NCBI GenBank assembly: GCA_964016885.1
Contig: OZ024745.1
Coordinates: 125,922,001 to 125,986,000, forward strand
DNA length: 64,000 nt
Source: Eledone cirrhosa
Taxonomy: Eukaryota
Direction: 5' to 3'
A program made the position numbers and the translations under genes. The notes beneath the pieces were generated by a model. It saw only the letters and a program-made list of their open reading frames with translations, ran no database searches and had not been told where the DNA came from. Shown here piece after piece: positions 13,248 through 27,998 of the stretch; position 1 is the first letter of the stretch, and each line of letters opens with the position of its first letter.

Positions 13248-13468
13248 CACTTTAGCCTTTACATTACTCTATATATACTATTATATTTTCATGGTAAAGG
13301 CTTTACTTTACATAAATATCTCACATAATATTGAATCTATGAGATTTTGGTATTATTTATTTTGAGAACAATACCTTAACATTAGTATGAGTGGCTTGTT
13401 ACAGCCGGTTTGAACAGAAAGAAGTGAGAGAATTATGGCCGGATATGGCCGGTTTAAATGCTAAAGTG
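13248..13468 (-). mobile_element. 221-bp TTAA-flanked MITE (piggyBac-like)
   Basis: TTAA|CACTTTAGCCTTTA...TAAATGCTAAAGTG|TTAA; reverse complement of the same-length copy at 53161-53381. Confidence 0.8.
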
Positions 13469-13975
13469 TTAACTAACTTTCCATTTGTGTTATTTACGTC
13501 ATGTATTTTTCTTTTTGTTATATTATACTGTCATGCTACCCGTCGAAATTGATGGTATTTATTGTATATTTACTATAATAATAGCTTCATTACAATATTT
13601 TATATAAAGAGTCCTTAATTTCTTTGACCTTATCTTTCTTATCTCCCAGATAATCACCTTATTTCATTTCATATTCATTTAAGTCAATTACAGGATATTT
13701 CTTCCACATTTTCTTTAATCGTTATCAAACAAATATCCATTAAATTACCATGACTTTGGTTTGATGACTATCCGTATATCTAATTATATATCTATCAGCT
13801 TGTCTGTCTGTGCCTCTGTTTCCCACTTCTATTGGGATGTTGCTTTGTTTCAGTTCATGCCCGAAGATAGATACATTGATACACAAATAGATAACTGCAG
13901 ATTCAGAGGCAGACAGATAGACAGGCAGACAGCTTGATAGAGAAGTAAGCAGCTCTGTACGGACCAACACCTAAA

Positions 13976-14014
<39 letters not shown>

Positions 14015-14192
14015 CACACACGCATTTACTCAGAGCTTCGTACAGCAACACGGTTTTTCTTTCCCTTTCAGATAGATGCGCACGGTCACCACCTCTTAAA
14101 ACAAGATTATCTATCACGAAACGCCAACATCAATAATTATCCTATATGTATATATGTGTGTGTGTGTGTATGTGTGTTCGGCTCACTTAAAA

Positions 14193-14382
14193 ATAATTGT
14201 TTCTACTATTGGCACAAAGCCAGCAATTACCACAGTACATTACTGGTACTTTATTTTATCGACCCGGTAAGGATGAAAGGCAAAGTTAACCTCGACGGGA
14301 TTTGAACTCAAACCGTAAAGGGACGTAACTATGCTGGAAAGCATGGCGTCCGAACCTCTACCGATACTGCCAATTCACCGAC
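14193..14382 (-). mobile_element. SINE family 1
   Basis: Full body with B box (GGGATTTGAAC on +) and A box (CCGATACTGCCA on +). Confidence 0.85.
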
Positions 14383-14808
14383 GTATTTTCTAAATAATGT
14401 CTAGTTGCATTTCTAGTTAGATATACTGTAGCAAGCTTTCATCAAGTGAAGTAATCTGAGATTGAAAAGAAATTATTGCTTTTATTTCATTAGTAAAAGG
14501 TTAATTTAGATGGCCGACAAAATAATGTTAATTATTACAGTAGTTAATGTTGACGCTTTCGTTCTCGAGTGCAACACAAACTGAGATCTACATTGTTATT
14601 CATTCTTGAATGGCACTGAATGAACCCTGGTTGTAAGGAGTTACCATCTAGGACGTTGAAACCGTCAATATCCTGGTCTTTGTTTTATTCTCTTTTATTT
14701 CCAACTAGCTGCGGTACCCAGCTTCACCCGATAAAGATGGATAAAAGATGGATAAAAGAAAAAAACGACTGTATTGGATTTGTTGTCTGGTATGAGGTGA
14801 GGCCGTAA

Positions 14809-14917
<109 letters not shown>

Positions 14918-15250
14918 AACAAAGAAACAATCATAAAACTTCCTTATTAGGCTGGGGTATAAACTGCCGATTAAATGGTAGCATTGGCCTTGGATTTTAA
15001 ATGTTGTGAAATAACCATAGTCAGTATGATCTTATTTAGCTCCAAAGGACCTCATCTGAAACAGCAATATACCGTATAACATTACTTCTGAACTGTTACT
15101 TCGTTAGTACGGTCTGTAGGTAGTTTATAGATAAAAGCTGGAGGGTAGATTAATTTCAAATAGTACTAATTTTTCTTTGTTCTGTAACAGCAAAGACTGT
15201 AAACCGACTTTAACGGAATATTGTTACATCTTTCAACTGATACTTTTGTG

Positions 15251-15354
<104 letters not shown>

Positions 15355-15502
15355 TTCTCACTCTCTTTCTCTCACTCTCTCAATCTGAATATCTAACACT
15401 TTAACTGTATCTCCCTCTGTATAATGGTCTATCTCTCTCTCTCTTTCTACCTCTCCCTCTGTGCCTCTCTTTCTTTTGATGTGTGTGTATGTATTTGTGT
15501 GT

Positions 15503-15534
<32 letters not shown>

Positions 15535-15863
15535 TTGTGTGTGCGTGTGTGTAGTTTTCGTTTGATTCAACTAACCAATAACTATATTTTACATTATATA
15601 TAGATTTGGTGAATCTAGAACTAAATGTGTACATGTTTCTATGTTGGTAATATGTGATCGTTGGTGACTAATTCTTGCAGAACAACTTCGTTTTCTGTTA
15701 TGAAATAGTTACTAGTAATATACTGGACTCGTATAGTGGCAGAAAGTTACACATTTATGGGTATAGAACATTGCTGATTGAATCGATTATCTAGTATATT
15801 ATACAAGCAATTATTTTATTGATCCGAACTTCACTCGAGGTAAAATACATCAAATGTTTCCTT

Positions 15864-17296
15864 GATGGGATTTGAACACAGAACGTAAAGGGATTTGAAT
15901 AAAGAACGAAATAAAGATGGGATTTGAACACAAGACGTAAAGGGATTTGAATAAAGAACGAAATAAAGATGGGATTTGAACACAGAACGTAAAGGGATTT
16001 GAATAAAGAACGAAATAAAGATGGGATTTGAACACAGAACGTAAAGGGATTTGAATAAAGAACGAAATAAAGATGGGATTTGAACACAGAACGTAAAGGG
16101 ATTTGAATAAAGAACGAAATAAAGATGGGATTTGAACACAAGACGTAAAGGGATTTGTATAAAGAACGAAATAAAGATGGGATTTGAACACAGAACGTAA
16201 AGGGATTTGAATAAAGAACGAAATAAAGATGGGATTTGAACACAGAACGTAAAGGGATTTGAATAAAGAACGAAATAAAGATGGGATTTGAACACAAGAC
16301 GTAAAGGGATTTGAATAAAGAACGAAATAAAGATGGGATTTGAACACAGAACGTAAAGGGATTTGAATAAAGAACGAAATAAAGATGGGATTTGAACACA
16401 AGACGTAAAGGGATTTGAATAAAGAACGAAATAAAGATGGGATTTGAACACAGAACGTAAAGGGATTTGAATAAAGAACGAAATAAAGATGGGATTTGAA
16501 CACAGAACGTAAAGGGATTTGAATAAAGAACGAAATAAAGATGGGATTTGAACACAGAACGTAAAGGGATTTGAATAAAGAACGAAATAAAGATGGGATT
16601 TGAACACAAGACGTAAAGGGATTTGTATAAAGAACGAAATAAAGATGGGATTTGAACACAGAACGTAAAGGGATTTGAATAAAGAACGAAATAAAGATGG
16701 GATTTGAACACAGAACGTAAAGGGATTTGAATAAAGAACGAAATAAAGATGGGATTTGAACACAAGACGTAAAGGGATTTGAATAAAGAACGAAATAAAG
16801 ATGGGATTTGAACACAGAACGTAAAGGGATTTGAATAAAGAACGAAATAAAGATGGGATTTGAACACAGAACGTAAAGGGATTTGAATAAAGAATGAAAT
16901 AAAGATGGGATTTGAACACAAGACGTAAAGGGATTTGAATAAAGAACGAAATAAAGATGGGATTTGAACACAGAACGTAAAGGGATTTGAATAAAGAATG
17001 AAATAAAGATGGGATTTGAACACAGAACGTAAAGGGATTTGGATAAAGAATGAAATAAAGATGGGATTTGAACACAGAACGTAAAGGGATTTGGATAAAG
17101 AACGAAATAAAGATGGGATTTGAACACAGAACGTAAAGGGATTTGAATAAAGAACGAAATAAAGATGGGATTTAAACACAGAACGTAAAGGGATTTGGAT
17201 AAAGAACGAAATAAAGATGGGATTTAAACACAGAACGTAAAGGGATTTGAATAAAGAACGAAATAAAGATGGGATTTGAACACAGAACGTAAAGGG
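15864..17296. repeat. 52-bp minisatellite, ~27.5 units, derived from the SINE B-box region
   Basis: Unit GATGGGATTTGAACACAGAACGTAAAGGGATTTGAATAAAGAACGAAATAAA; no unique spacers. Confidence 0.95.
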
Positions 17297-17539
17297 AAAT
17301 AACCAGAATCTTAACATTTTATTCTGCAAACTTTGACTTTGGACTAAGGAGAGAAACCAATTTAACGAAACTAGAAAGTGGTGAACGGGGTATATCAGTA
17401 GTTCGATGGAATAAATGCATTAGATATTTACTTTCCTTTCTCAACATTCCGAGTTGGAATCTTGTCTCTCTGGGTAGATTATATAATACATCACTGCAAG
17501 AGCTGTTAAAAATAGGATTTTCAGGATTCAATTATATCA

Positions 17540-18300
17540 ATAATAATTCTACTTTTGGCACAAGGTCAGCAATTATCTCAGTGCATTACTGGTACTTTAT
17601 TTTATCGAACCTGTAAGGATGAAAGGCAAAGTTAACCTCGACGGGATTTGAACTCAGATCGTAAAGGGCTATAACTATATTCTGCAAAGCATAGCTTCCA
17701 CCCCTCTACACATACTGCCAATCGGCCGCCTTATCAATAATGATTTCTACTATAGGCACAAGGCCAGTAATTTGGGGAAAGGGGAAAGTCGATTAAATTG
17801 ACCACAGTACGTTACTGGTACTTTATTTTATCGACCCCGTAATGATGAAAGGCAAAGTTAACCTCGGCAGGATTTGAACTCAGACCGTAAAGAGACGTAA
17901 CTCTATGCTGCAAAGCATAACTTCCGACCCTCCACCGATACTGCCAATTGAATGCCTTATCAATAATAATAATAATGTTATCAATAATAATAATTGTTTC
18001 TACTTTTGGCACAAGGCCAGCAAGTCACTAGTGTATTACTGGTACTTTATTTTATCGACCCCGTAAGGATGAAAGGCAAAGTTAACCTCGGAATAATAAC
18101 TTTAATATAGGCACAGGGCCGGGCATTTATGGAGAGAGGAAGGTTCGATTATATTTACACTAGTATTTGTATGCTAGTTTATTTTATCAAGGCTCGAACA
18201 AATGAAATGCAATATGCACCTCGGTAGAAGTTGAACACAGAACCCAAAGAACCGTAGCAGTTACTGCAAGACAGTTTGTCCGACGTTGCAGCGATTCCGT
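17540..18300 (-). mobile_element. Tandem cluster of four SINE family 1 copies
   Basis: Copies at ~17540-17730, 17735-17957, 17990-18092 (truncated) and 18105-18300 (old), separated by (AAT)n tails. Confidence 0.85.
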
Positions 18301-18612
18301 CCGTACATCTATCTGAGAAACATTTTCAATATTTGACTGCATGCAGCATTTTGAGAGAACATATATTGAGTCCTGAGTTTACAGTCGTGTAAACTGACAA
18401 ATTTTATGTTGTACAGTGATATTAAAATGTTTTCTAAAATGAGGATAAAAATAATAATGGGTTTCTGACCTTACTTAAATACTTGATGTGGGTGTAATAT
18501 TTTAAGTGTAACTTCTACCAGATGCTGACTGAACAGACGTTAAGGAAATCTGGTATAGGTTATTGCATGTGGGCATGTTAAAGCAATAGGGGATAACGTA
18601 GGGAATGTATAG

Positions 18613-18661
18613 ATGGTAGTTCCTGCTGTGGAAAATGTAACATCTATACCTTATATATATA

Positions 18662-18699
<38 letters not shown>

Positions 18700-18866
18700 G
18701 TATATATATGTGTGTATATATATATGTTTGTATGTATATATATATATAGATATGTATATATGTATATGTATATATTATGTATATATATTTACATATGTAT
18801 ATATATTTACATATGTATATATATATATATATGTTTCTATATGTATATTTATATATATTTATATAT

Positions 18867-18914
<48 letters not shown>

Positions 18915-18958
18915 ATATAAGGTATAGATGTTACATTTTCCACAGTAGGAACCACCAT
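18613..18958. repeat. 40-bp inverted repeat enclosing a ~265-bp (TA)-rich tract
   Basis: ATGGTAGTTCCTGCTGTGGAAAATGTAACATCTATACCTT (18613-18652) versus its reverse complement at 18919-18958, 2 mismatches. Confidence 0.85.
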
Positions 18959-18985
18959 ATATACATATATATATATATATACATA

Positions 18986-19052
<67 letters not shown>

Positions 19053-20956
19053 TATATATATATATATGTATGTATATGTATATACATATATATATATACG
19101 TATACATCTATACATATATACATATATATACATATATATATATATGTATACATATATATATATATGTATACATATATATGAAGGAAATATGCAGCAGAGC
19201 AAATCGTTTGATCAATTGATGGATAATTCGTAAGAAAATATATTCAAGACAAGTTTAAAAGGATAGCGTTGGCAGTATTTATTTTGAGATTCAGGAATCA
19301 GCAGAAAACGTAGCCCTAAATTTACACTTAAAAGAGGGGGTCGACCTGACCTCTTATTCTGAAGGATTTACTAATGACTTCAAGGAAGATAAAACTTTTT
19401 TAGGACTAGAATAAATATAAAATGGTGTATGAAGTAGTAAGTGCCTATACTACTCTTAGAAGAAAGGAAATACGTTCCTTCAAATCACAATTTTGTTTGT
19501 GAAAGAATATTTTCATTTCTCAGCAATTTTATTATTACAAGCGTGGGTGTATTTTGACACAATATACTAGCATCTGTTCTAGGAGATTCCAAGTGAGACA
19601 TACTCCAAGAAATATGACGAAATTATATAAGAGCGGGGTGATGTTTGTAATATATCGTGAAAAGTTGAACCCCCAACTGATAAGCGAGTGCTTGGGAATC
19701 CACTAAAATAAAATTTCTTTTAGCCTCCTATTTTTTGTTTTCCTTCATTATTATGATGTTTTTTTTTTTGTCTTTGTTTTTTTCACATATACGTTTCATG
19801 AAGAGGCTTTACATTCTGCAAAATATAATTTTGATCATTTCAAATTGGATTGTTATTCTAAAATAACGGCCAATGGAAGTGGGAGTTCACTGACGCTAGA
19901 GTACATGTATATTACAAGATGGAATATATATACAAGATGGAAAAATTGTTTGAATGACAGATTAAATATCATGAAGTATTTGGTTACGTCACTCTAATAA
20001 CATAACCAGCAGAAGTAAACTTTGTATTTCATTCGTCCAGATGATATAAAGTAAATCCTACTAGTATAATGAGGTGAAGTGTACTCCTACACAACAACAA
20101 CAAAAAAATCGTCTTGTAACTCGTACCATTATACAACACTTGAGCTGGAAGTAAGCTAGTAAAACATCAATGTTGTCTCCGTGTTTCAATTCTCGGATAA
20201 AACCATTGATTTCACTTATGTCGTTAAGACTATTTGGAAAGGCGTGTACACCACAATATATCATTTCCTTCTTTAAAATGTAAGGTGTTAAATCTTGTCA
20301 AAAAAAGGAAATATTTTATGATGTAAATATCACAAACTTTACGGCCATTAATTATTATTTAAGTTGCTTCTAACAATATATTCAATAAATATTAATAGTC
20401 TTATGACATTAAGCTAGGCAATATTTAAATATTTAGTATCCTCTGGGGCTATTTGACGAAAATGAATAGCAACAGTCAATTTTCGAAATGATATATAGGA
20501 TGAGACTTTTAATAGAATACGTTATCTCTAACGTGACTCCAGGAAAGAAGAAACTATTTATACCAAATCTGGAATAATTTAGGCTACTTTTCCATAATAT
20601 ACTACTAAAGTCACTGCAGCTTCGTTTGAATCTAGGTTACAGTTATATCAAACATTACATAGATAACTATATATAGGAAGACAAAATCAAAGAGCGCTAG
20701 TTAATTCGTTAAGTTCCTTTAAGTGTTGATGTCAAATCTCGCCAGAGTTGTCTTTGCCTTTCATCCTTTCGGGATTGATAGTATAAGTAGCAGTCAATAA
20801 AAGGGATCGATATAATTGACTACAATATTTCCAAAAATGTGTAGATTTGCACAAGTTAACCATTATATAGAAAGCGCTCGAAATTCTAATAGCCATAGCT
20901 GGTCCCACGAAGTGGCTGTCTTCAACAGTACCGTATATAAAACCAGTAAAATATAA

Positions 20957-21136
20957 TTATTTCTACTGTTGGCCAGCAATTATCTCAGTGCATTACTGGT
21001 ACTTTATTTAATTGACCTCGTAAGGATGAAAAGCAAAGTTAACCTCGGCGGTATTTGAACTCAGACCATAAAGGGCCGTAACTATTTGCTGTAAAGCAAG
21101 GCGTCCGACCCTCTACCGATACTGCCAATCGAAAGC
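20957..21136 (-). mobile_element. SINE family 1 with target-site duplication
   Basis: TSD CCAGTAAAATATAA at 20943-20956 and 21137-21150. Confidence 0.85.
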
Positions 21137-22413
21137 CAGTAAAATATAACATTTATTAGAATTTCAGCCAAATAATCACCAACTTTTCTCCTAAATGTAA
21201 TTTTCAAATGCTAGCCCATCCATGTTTAACTTTTTGATAGGCTTCATTTACTCTGATACCAAACACTACTTCTCAGGCGTTACTGCAATCTCCACACTAT
21301 TTCTGCTTGACCAAGTCAATTTAGTGTTTGTACTGTTCCTGTACACTTTTCCATAAATCATGCACCAAACATTACATACAGCCATTCATATCAACTCATT
21401 TTAATAGGGAAGTCTTTATACTGGTGTTCGCCTTGCCAGAAATAGCAGTAAAATATCTTTCACGTTACACTCACACTCTATATTGTGGGAAATGAAAGAA
21501 AACGTTAAAGTAGTCTTTATACATGTCTGGAAAAGAATGGGGTGGTCACAGCTAGAAGGTTGGAGGGGAGTGAAACAACTACAAGTTCAGTACGGTTTCA
21601 TTAAACATCTGTAAAATTTAATTATCAAGTATATTAACATTAACAAATATACTTTTCTACCGAACATAACTTTTTCAGATATTTATGTACGTTCACAATG
21701 CCCTTTCTCGACACATATCAAAGTTTAAAGCGGGTTTCTTTCTAACATGATAAACACGCAGACGATTGTTAATAATGGAATAGTTCATATTATATATCTT
21801 ATTTTGATGTAAAGTGATTCTAGTCTTTCTTATTTTTATTAGTAATCCAAATTACATAATACACAGTGTGTGATACGAAGCTTATAATCTCATCATACAG
21901 CTGTAGTAAAGATGAACAAAAACACTACTTCAGCTATTAGAAAGAAAGAGAAAAATGGGTCAGTTTTCCCCCCGGGCTAATATAACAAAAGACAACGAGT
22001 TATGTTAAAATGTTAGCTCTATTAATATCAAGAGAGGGCGAATGCTCACTGTCGTTACAATGTCGGATAGAATACTTTGCGCTATTCGTTCCGTTCTCTG
22101 CTCTCTGAGTTCATATCCCGCCGAGGTCAACTTTGCCTTTCAACCTTTCGAGGTTGATAAAAAACGGACCAGTTTAGTACTGGGCTCGATTCTTCCTCCA
22201 TATCTCTTTCTGACTTCACTTTTCTCACTCTCTATCCTTCTCTGGGAGAAACCTACTGTATTTAGATGTGGGAAGGAGATGGCTCAGCCAGGTATGAAAA
22301 TGTCCTAGTAAAGTCGTATGTAAATATGGCGCATTGACAACTCGCCCTTCGAAAATATATAGTCATATAGCGAATCATGTTATCAAGCAATTGTTATTTA
22401 AATGGTTTCAATA

Positions 22414-22458
<45 letters not shown>

Positions 22459-22724
22459 CGTTTGTGTGTGTGTCTGATGTGGTCATGTATGATTATATCT
22501 ATTTATGTACGTGTGTATGATGTATTTACGTATACATATAATATATAATATATAATGTATATATATATATATATATATATTGTATATGTTTAATGTCAAT
22601 ATCTGTATAATAAATATATATATGTAATATATATATATATAGTAATAATAATGTATATATATACATACATACATATATATATATATTTAAAAGAATAGAG
22701 ATGTAACACACGAGTTGTGATATA

Positions 22725-22985
22725 TTGGTAAAAGGAAAAGAAAAAAATGACAAATTGTTCCCAGTGAAAAATAGTTTAATTAGGAATAAGTAAAAATTAG
22801 TAATAAGTATTGGTTAGTATTCAGTTTTAGTTTTAAGTTATTACCGGTTGCGCATTTCTAATACTTTTCAAAAAACTAAAACTGAATACTAACCAATACT
22901 TATTACTAATTTTTACTTATTCCTAATTAAACTATTTTTCACTGGGAACAATTTGTCAGCATTTTCTTTTCCTTTTACCGATTTG
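22725..22985. mobile_element. Family B element, fold-back insertion next to (TA)n
   Basis: 22727-22834 is inverted at 22872-22979; variant HHR-like motif on - strand at 22838-22874. Confidence 0.75.
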
Positions 22986-23140
22986 GACACAATAGAAGAG
23001 GAAGACCAAGGTTAACGTATGTTGATGCCCTAAGGACAGACACTGGTCTGTTGGAGACGCAGGACATGGCAGCGATAAAGAGGGACAGAGACCGCTGGAG
23101 AGGACTCGTCCATGGATCTCGGGAATTTTACCCGCCTTAG
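22985..23140 (+). mobile_element. RTE/RTEX-like LINE 3' fragment
   Basis: RGRPRLTYVDALRTDTGLLETQ; homologous to 41705-41860; ends in (TAGA)n. Confidence 0.75.
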
Positions 23141-23978
23141 ATAGAGATAGATATATATATATATATATCAAATCGGCGGGATTTGAACTCAGAATGGCAA
23201 GGGCCGTAACTCTATGCTTGGCGTCCGATACTGCCAATCCACTGCCCTCTCATTTTTTTAATAATATCACTTTGACGAATCAAAGAAAAAAAAAGCAGAA
23301 CTTTAAATATTTTTTTCGTTCTATTTCCAATTCCACTTTTTCTCTATAACCTCTGTTTTGTATAGAACCGTACTCGCATTTCAAATATATATGTATATAT
23401 GCAAATATCTCTGCGTGTACGTAATTTCTTTTAACAAATCATGATGTCAGTTTTATATATACTTGTTAGAATAATCCGAAATGTACTGGTGCTGGGTTTT
23501 ATCAACAATGACAATAATAATTATAATCAAAGATTTTTATAAAATAAATTTCTCTTCATAAAGAAACTATTTCTGAAACTAAAAATTGAAATGAAAATTT
23601 CAGCGCAGCAAATATATCCAACTGCTGTGGACAAGAATTATACTCTGATTTCTATTGTGATAAAAGCTCATATAATTTATTTTCCATTCTCATATGAAAT
23701 GGAATCTCTGCCTGTTTTAAACATTACGCACACGAATATAAAAACCTTATAAAATAAATTTAAAGGAGTTGCTTTTCAATGCTCTTAAATATCATGACAT
23801 ACATTGTAGCACATATCTACAATAAAATAGAATCTTTTTCACTCAAACAGTTTTCTCTTTCTCCTGCATAATGTTATTGTGAATTCCTCCCAGCATGTAA
23901 AGTATGTAGACTTATAATTAATTTGATGAAAATAATATTTATGTAAGTATGTAAGTATGTATGTATGTGTGTGTGTGC

Positions 23979-24032
<54 letters not shown>

Positions 24033-24088
24033 ATATGTATGTATGTATGTATATATGTATGTATATGTGTATGTATATATGTATGTAA

Positions 24089-24177
<89 letters not shown>

Positions 24178-24816
24178 TGTGTCTGTGTGTGTGTATGTGT
24201 GTGTATGCAGAAGAAGAAACAATGGTTATTTTATTCAATCGCAAAAACTTGAATGAAACTTATAAATTTGTTAACATATAACATTGCTTTCAAGTAGGAA
24301 TATATTTGGCTGGCTATATTTTTAAACATCTCATTGTATGCGTAAAGAAGTCGTTTGAAAATTTGCCTCTATTTGATTATGAATAATCAATATAACAAAT
24401 CTAAAATTGTATTTCATTAAGAATCTAAATATGCTACTTTTTAAGTAATAAAGGAGATTCTTGAAGTAGAGTATTGTATATGTAATTATACAAAGGAATA
24501 GTATAGATATCAAAGAAGAAAATAGCATTTATTCCTAAATATATTCAATCATATGTGAACATTTTTACATGTAACATTTTCTTTCTTCATTAGTTTCGTA
24601 TTTGCAGCTAACATTTGTCTTCTCCTCAAGTCTGATTGTAACATTATACTACCTTACTGGAATCTTCTTTATAATATTTAGCATTCTGTCGTGAAATAAT
24701 AGAATTAGAATTTTAAAGAGTTAATGTCAGAGAAGTAGGACAGAATGGATTGTTGTATTTTGGTCTTTGTATTTATTATTACTATATATATATATACATG
24801 CATATACATGTATATA

Positions 24817-24894
<78 letters not shown>

Positions 24895-24909
24895 GCATAT
24901 ACATGTTTC

Positions 24910-24975
<66 letters not shown>

Positions 24976-25039
24976 TCTATATGTATAGATATATGTATAA
25001 GTATGCGTATATGTATACGTATATGTATATATATGTACA

Positions 25040-25071
<32 letters not shown>

Positions 25072-25077
25072 CACATG

Positions 25078-25129
<52 letters not shown>

Positions 25130-25159
25130 CATATATATATATACACATACATATATACA

Positions 25160-25197
<38 letters not shown>

Positions 25198-25218
25198 CAT
25201 ACATATATATATATACAT

Positions 25219-25289
<71 letters not shown>

Positions 25290-25949
25290 GGGGTGATCAC
25301 GGTTTCTATTCGACTCTAGCACACTTTGAAACATTTTCTTACGTAAACAAGTTAATGGAAATTTGAAATTATCTGACAAGTTGAGACTGACATAAAGCAA
25401 TAAACATCTTTTACACAAGTTTATTTTTCTTTATAAACAGTGTGCTTTTATTTCATACGGATTGCATAACATTTAAGCTTACAATTTTAACTATTCCAAT
25501 ACTCCTTATGTGTTAGATTTGAGAGACACAGTCGATTTAAAAAACATTAACTCATTGACAAGTAAAAATCTGTAATCCGAGGAACCTGGCATTGGATTTA
25601 TTTGACAAACCTTTTATAGAATTTGTAAAACAAGATAGATATGTGTGTCATAGATAGATTAAAGTGAAAAATGGCCACTTCTGACATAAGCGAGATTTTT
25701 ATTCTTTAAAGAAAAACCAATATTTGACGGAGAGGTGTTTTTGCAAATTATTTCTCAATGTACACGAAATTAGCACCTTTTTAAGAATAGTAGAGGTCCT
25801 GAATATTCTAGAAGCACATTTGAATTCGAAGCAAGCCATTTTAACACATTGTACTAAGTATACATATTTAGTTTCAGTTTATATTTTAAATAAGCAATGT
25901 TTTCTTTTTATGTGCGAGGCGGTTATTTTCATTTGTAAACATATCTACA

Positions 25950-25997
<48 letters not shown>

Positions 25998-26217
25998 TTC
26001 ATATATATATATATATAAATTTAAATATATATATATATATATATACATATATACAAATTTAGGTTAAATTAACAACATTTTCATCTGTCAAATACGTGCG
26101 TTTCGCAACGGGATTATTTCCTCAGCTCGCAAATCCAACAGACTGACATGCTTTACTAACTTTGGATATAACATTTCTTTGCGGGATTCACTACACCATA
26201 TATATATATATATATAT

Positions 26218-26310
26218 AGTAATAATAATAAATTTGAAGACTAAAATCCAAAGAGGGCTCGAAAAGGATAAATATATATCAAATATATAAGAACCGTAGA
26301 GCAAATATTT
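26218..26310 (-). mobile_element. Family G (PLE-linked) 3' end at (TA)n
   Basis: Reverse complement of the 3' segment seen at 30190-30278, 41950-42030 and 51845-51941. Confidence 0.75.
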
Positions 26311-26988
26311 CATTGCCAGAGAACGTCTCTATGAACCACCTAATAGAATATTAGTCTACGGCTTCTTTTATAACACCGGTCATCGTTCCAGCCATCCACT
26401 CCATAACATGAAAAATATCGAGCACCTCTTCGCACACTCGACGGAACTACCTCAGGAACTTACCCACGAACATACACTCACGTTTTTTTTCGCACCACGC
26501 CACCTACATCCACACCACGTATAAACACAAACACACACGTGCGTACCGCCACATATACACACTCAGCCTCCGGAATCCACACGCCACCACCCCCACCCTC
26601 AGACCCCTTTCCTTCCACACGCACGCACACACCGACTTACACCCCACTCCACGCACACACCTTTTCCTGAACATGGAACCTCGTTCTTCCCCCAACTCTC
26701 ATATTCACATACACACGCACACACATACACGTACACCTACACACATACACAAACACCATCTTCAGCCTTTCCCGCTTCGACCCCTCCCCGCCTCCCTCTC
26801 CCAACTTCACCCGCCGCCACCCTTACACGTCTCACACCCGTCCACCACTTGTTCATTTTATTGTTTATTTTTATGTTTTTTTTTATGTTTAATTTTATTT
26901 TTATTTGTTCTCCTTCCCCCATTTTTCAAAATGCATTTCCACAGCTCCTCTACACACCCTCGGAACTCTCTTCCTAACCACTTTTCTC

Positions 26989-27016
26989 CTGAAGAAGGGC
27001 TTATGCCCGAAACGTC
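26989..27016 (+). ncRNA. Minimal HHR core in a probable PLE 3' UTR (stem I decayed)
   Basis: CTGAAGA-A-GGGC-ttat-GCCC-GAAA-CG-TC with an ACGT palindrome. Lies after a C-rich UTR-like tract and ~85 nt before (TA)n. Confidence 0.6.
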
Positions 27017-27096
27017 CCCCCTCCCACTCTCAAGAGCGTGAACCTAATAAACCTTTATATGTCTGCCTCTCTGTTTTCGTTCCCGTCCAAGTTTGC

Positions 27097-27177
<81 letters not shown>

Positions 27178-27404
27178 GTATGTATGTATATATCAGAAGT
27201 AAACGATATCCTAGAATGTGTAGGGTAGAAACTGAATAATTAAAATATATTTCTTTATTTCTTAAGATAGTTATTTTATTAGACACAACATTTGCGGTTG
27301 TTATTTATTCGCAGTTCAGCCCTGATGAAAAACGTTCTAGGCATATCCTCGCCATTTTATATTTAAGTATAAAGTTTGTAAAACATGTCCTCTTTAAGAT
27401 GATA

Positions 27405-27493
<89 letters not shown>

Positions 27494-27914
27494 GTGTACT
27501 GGTATTGTATGGCCAATATGATATAAGCATTTGATCAAATACATGTTTCAGAGCTCTCTTACTTTCGCCAGTTTGAATGTGAGATTTGCAAAGTTTGCAA
27601 TACCCTCAAATGCAGCACGGTATTTAATTGTGTTGATCCTGTCATAAGTGCCATAAGGAAAGTTTTTTCTACATATGTGAATCCAGCATGTTGTGATAAA
27701 TTCTATGATCAAATTAAAGATAAGTCCTTTGTATTGTCCCTAAGGATATACACTAAGCTGTATTCTTTTCATTGTACACGGATGGCTTAATGTGCCTGAT
27801 TTCACACAGAAAACCTAAGTAATAACCAATGGGAGAAACATGTGTTAACTGTCGAATGGCATTGAACAATACCAAAGATTTGGGGGTGATTACTGAAAAA
27901 GGCTCCATATATAT

Positions 27915-27998
<84 letters not shown>

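Noticed and set aside
15791-17329. Three long - strand ORFs (512, 425, 414 aa) and a CRISPR-like appearance
   Set aside because: All three frames are open only because the 52-bp unit has no stop codons on that strand. Units are contiguous with no unique spacers, no cas genes are present and the context is eukaryotic.
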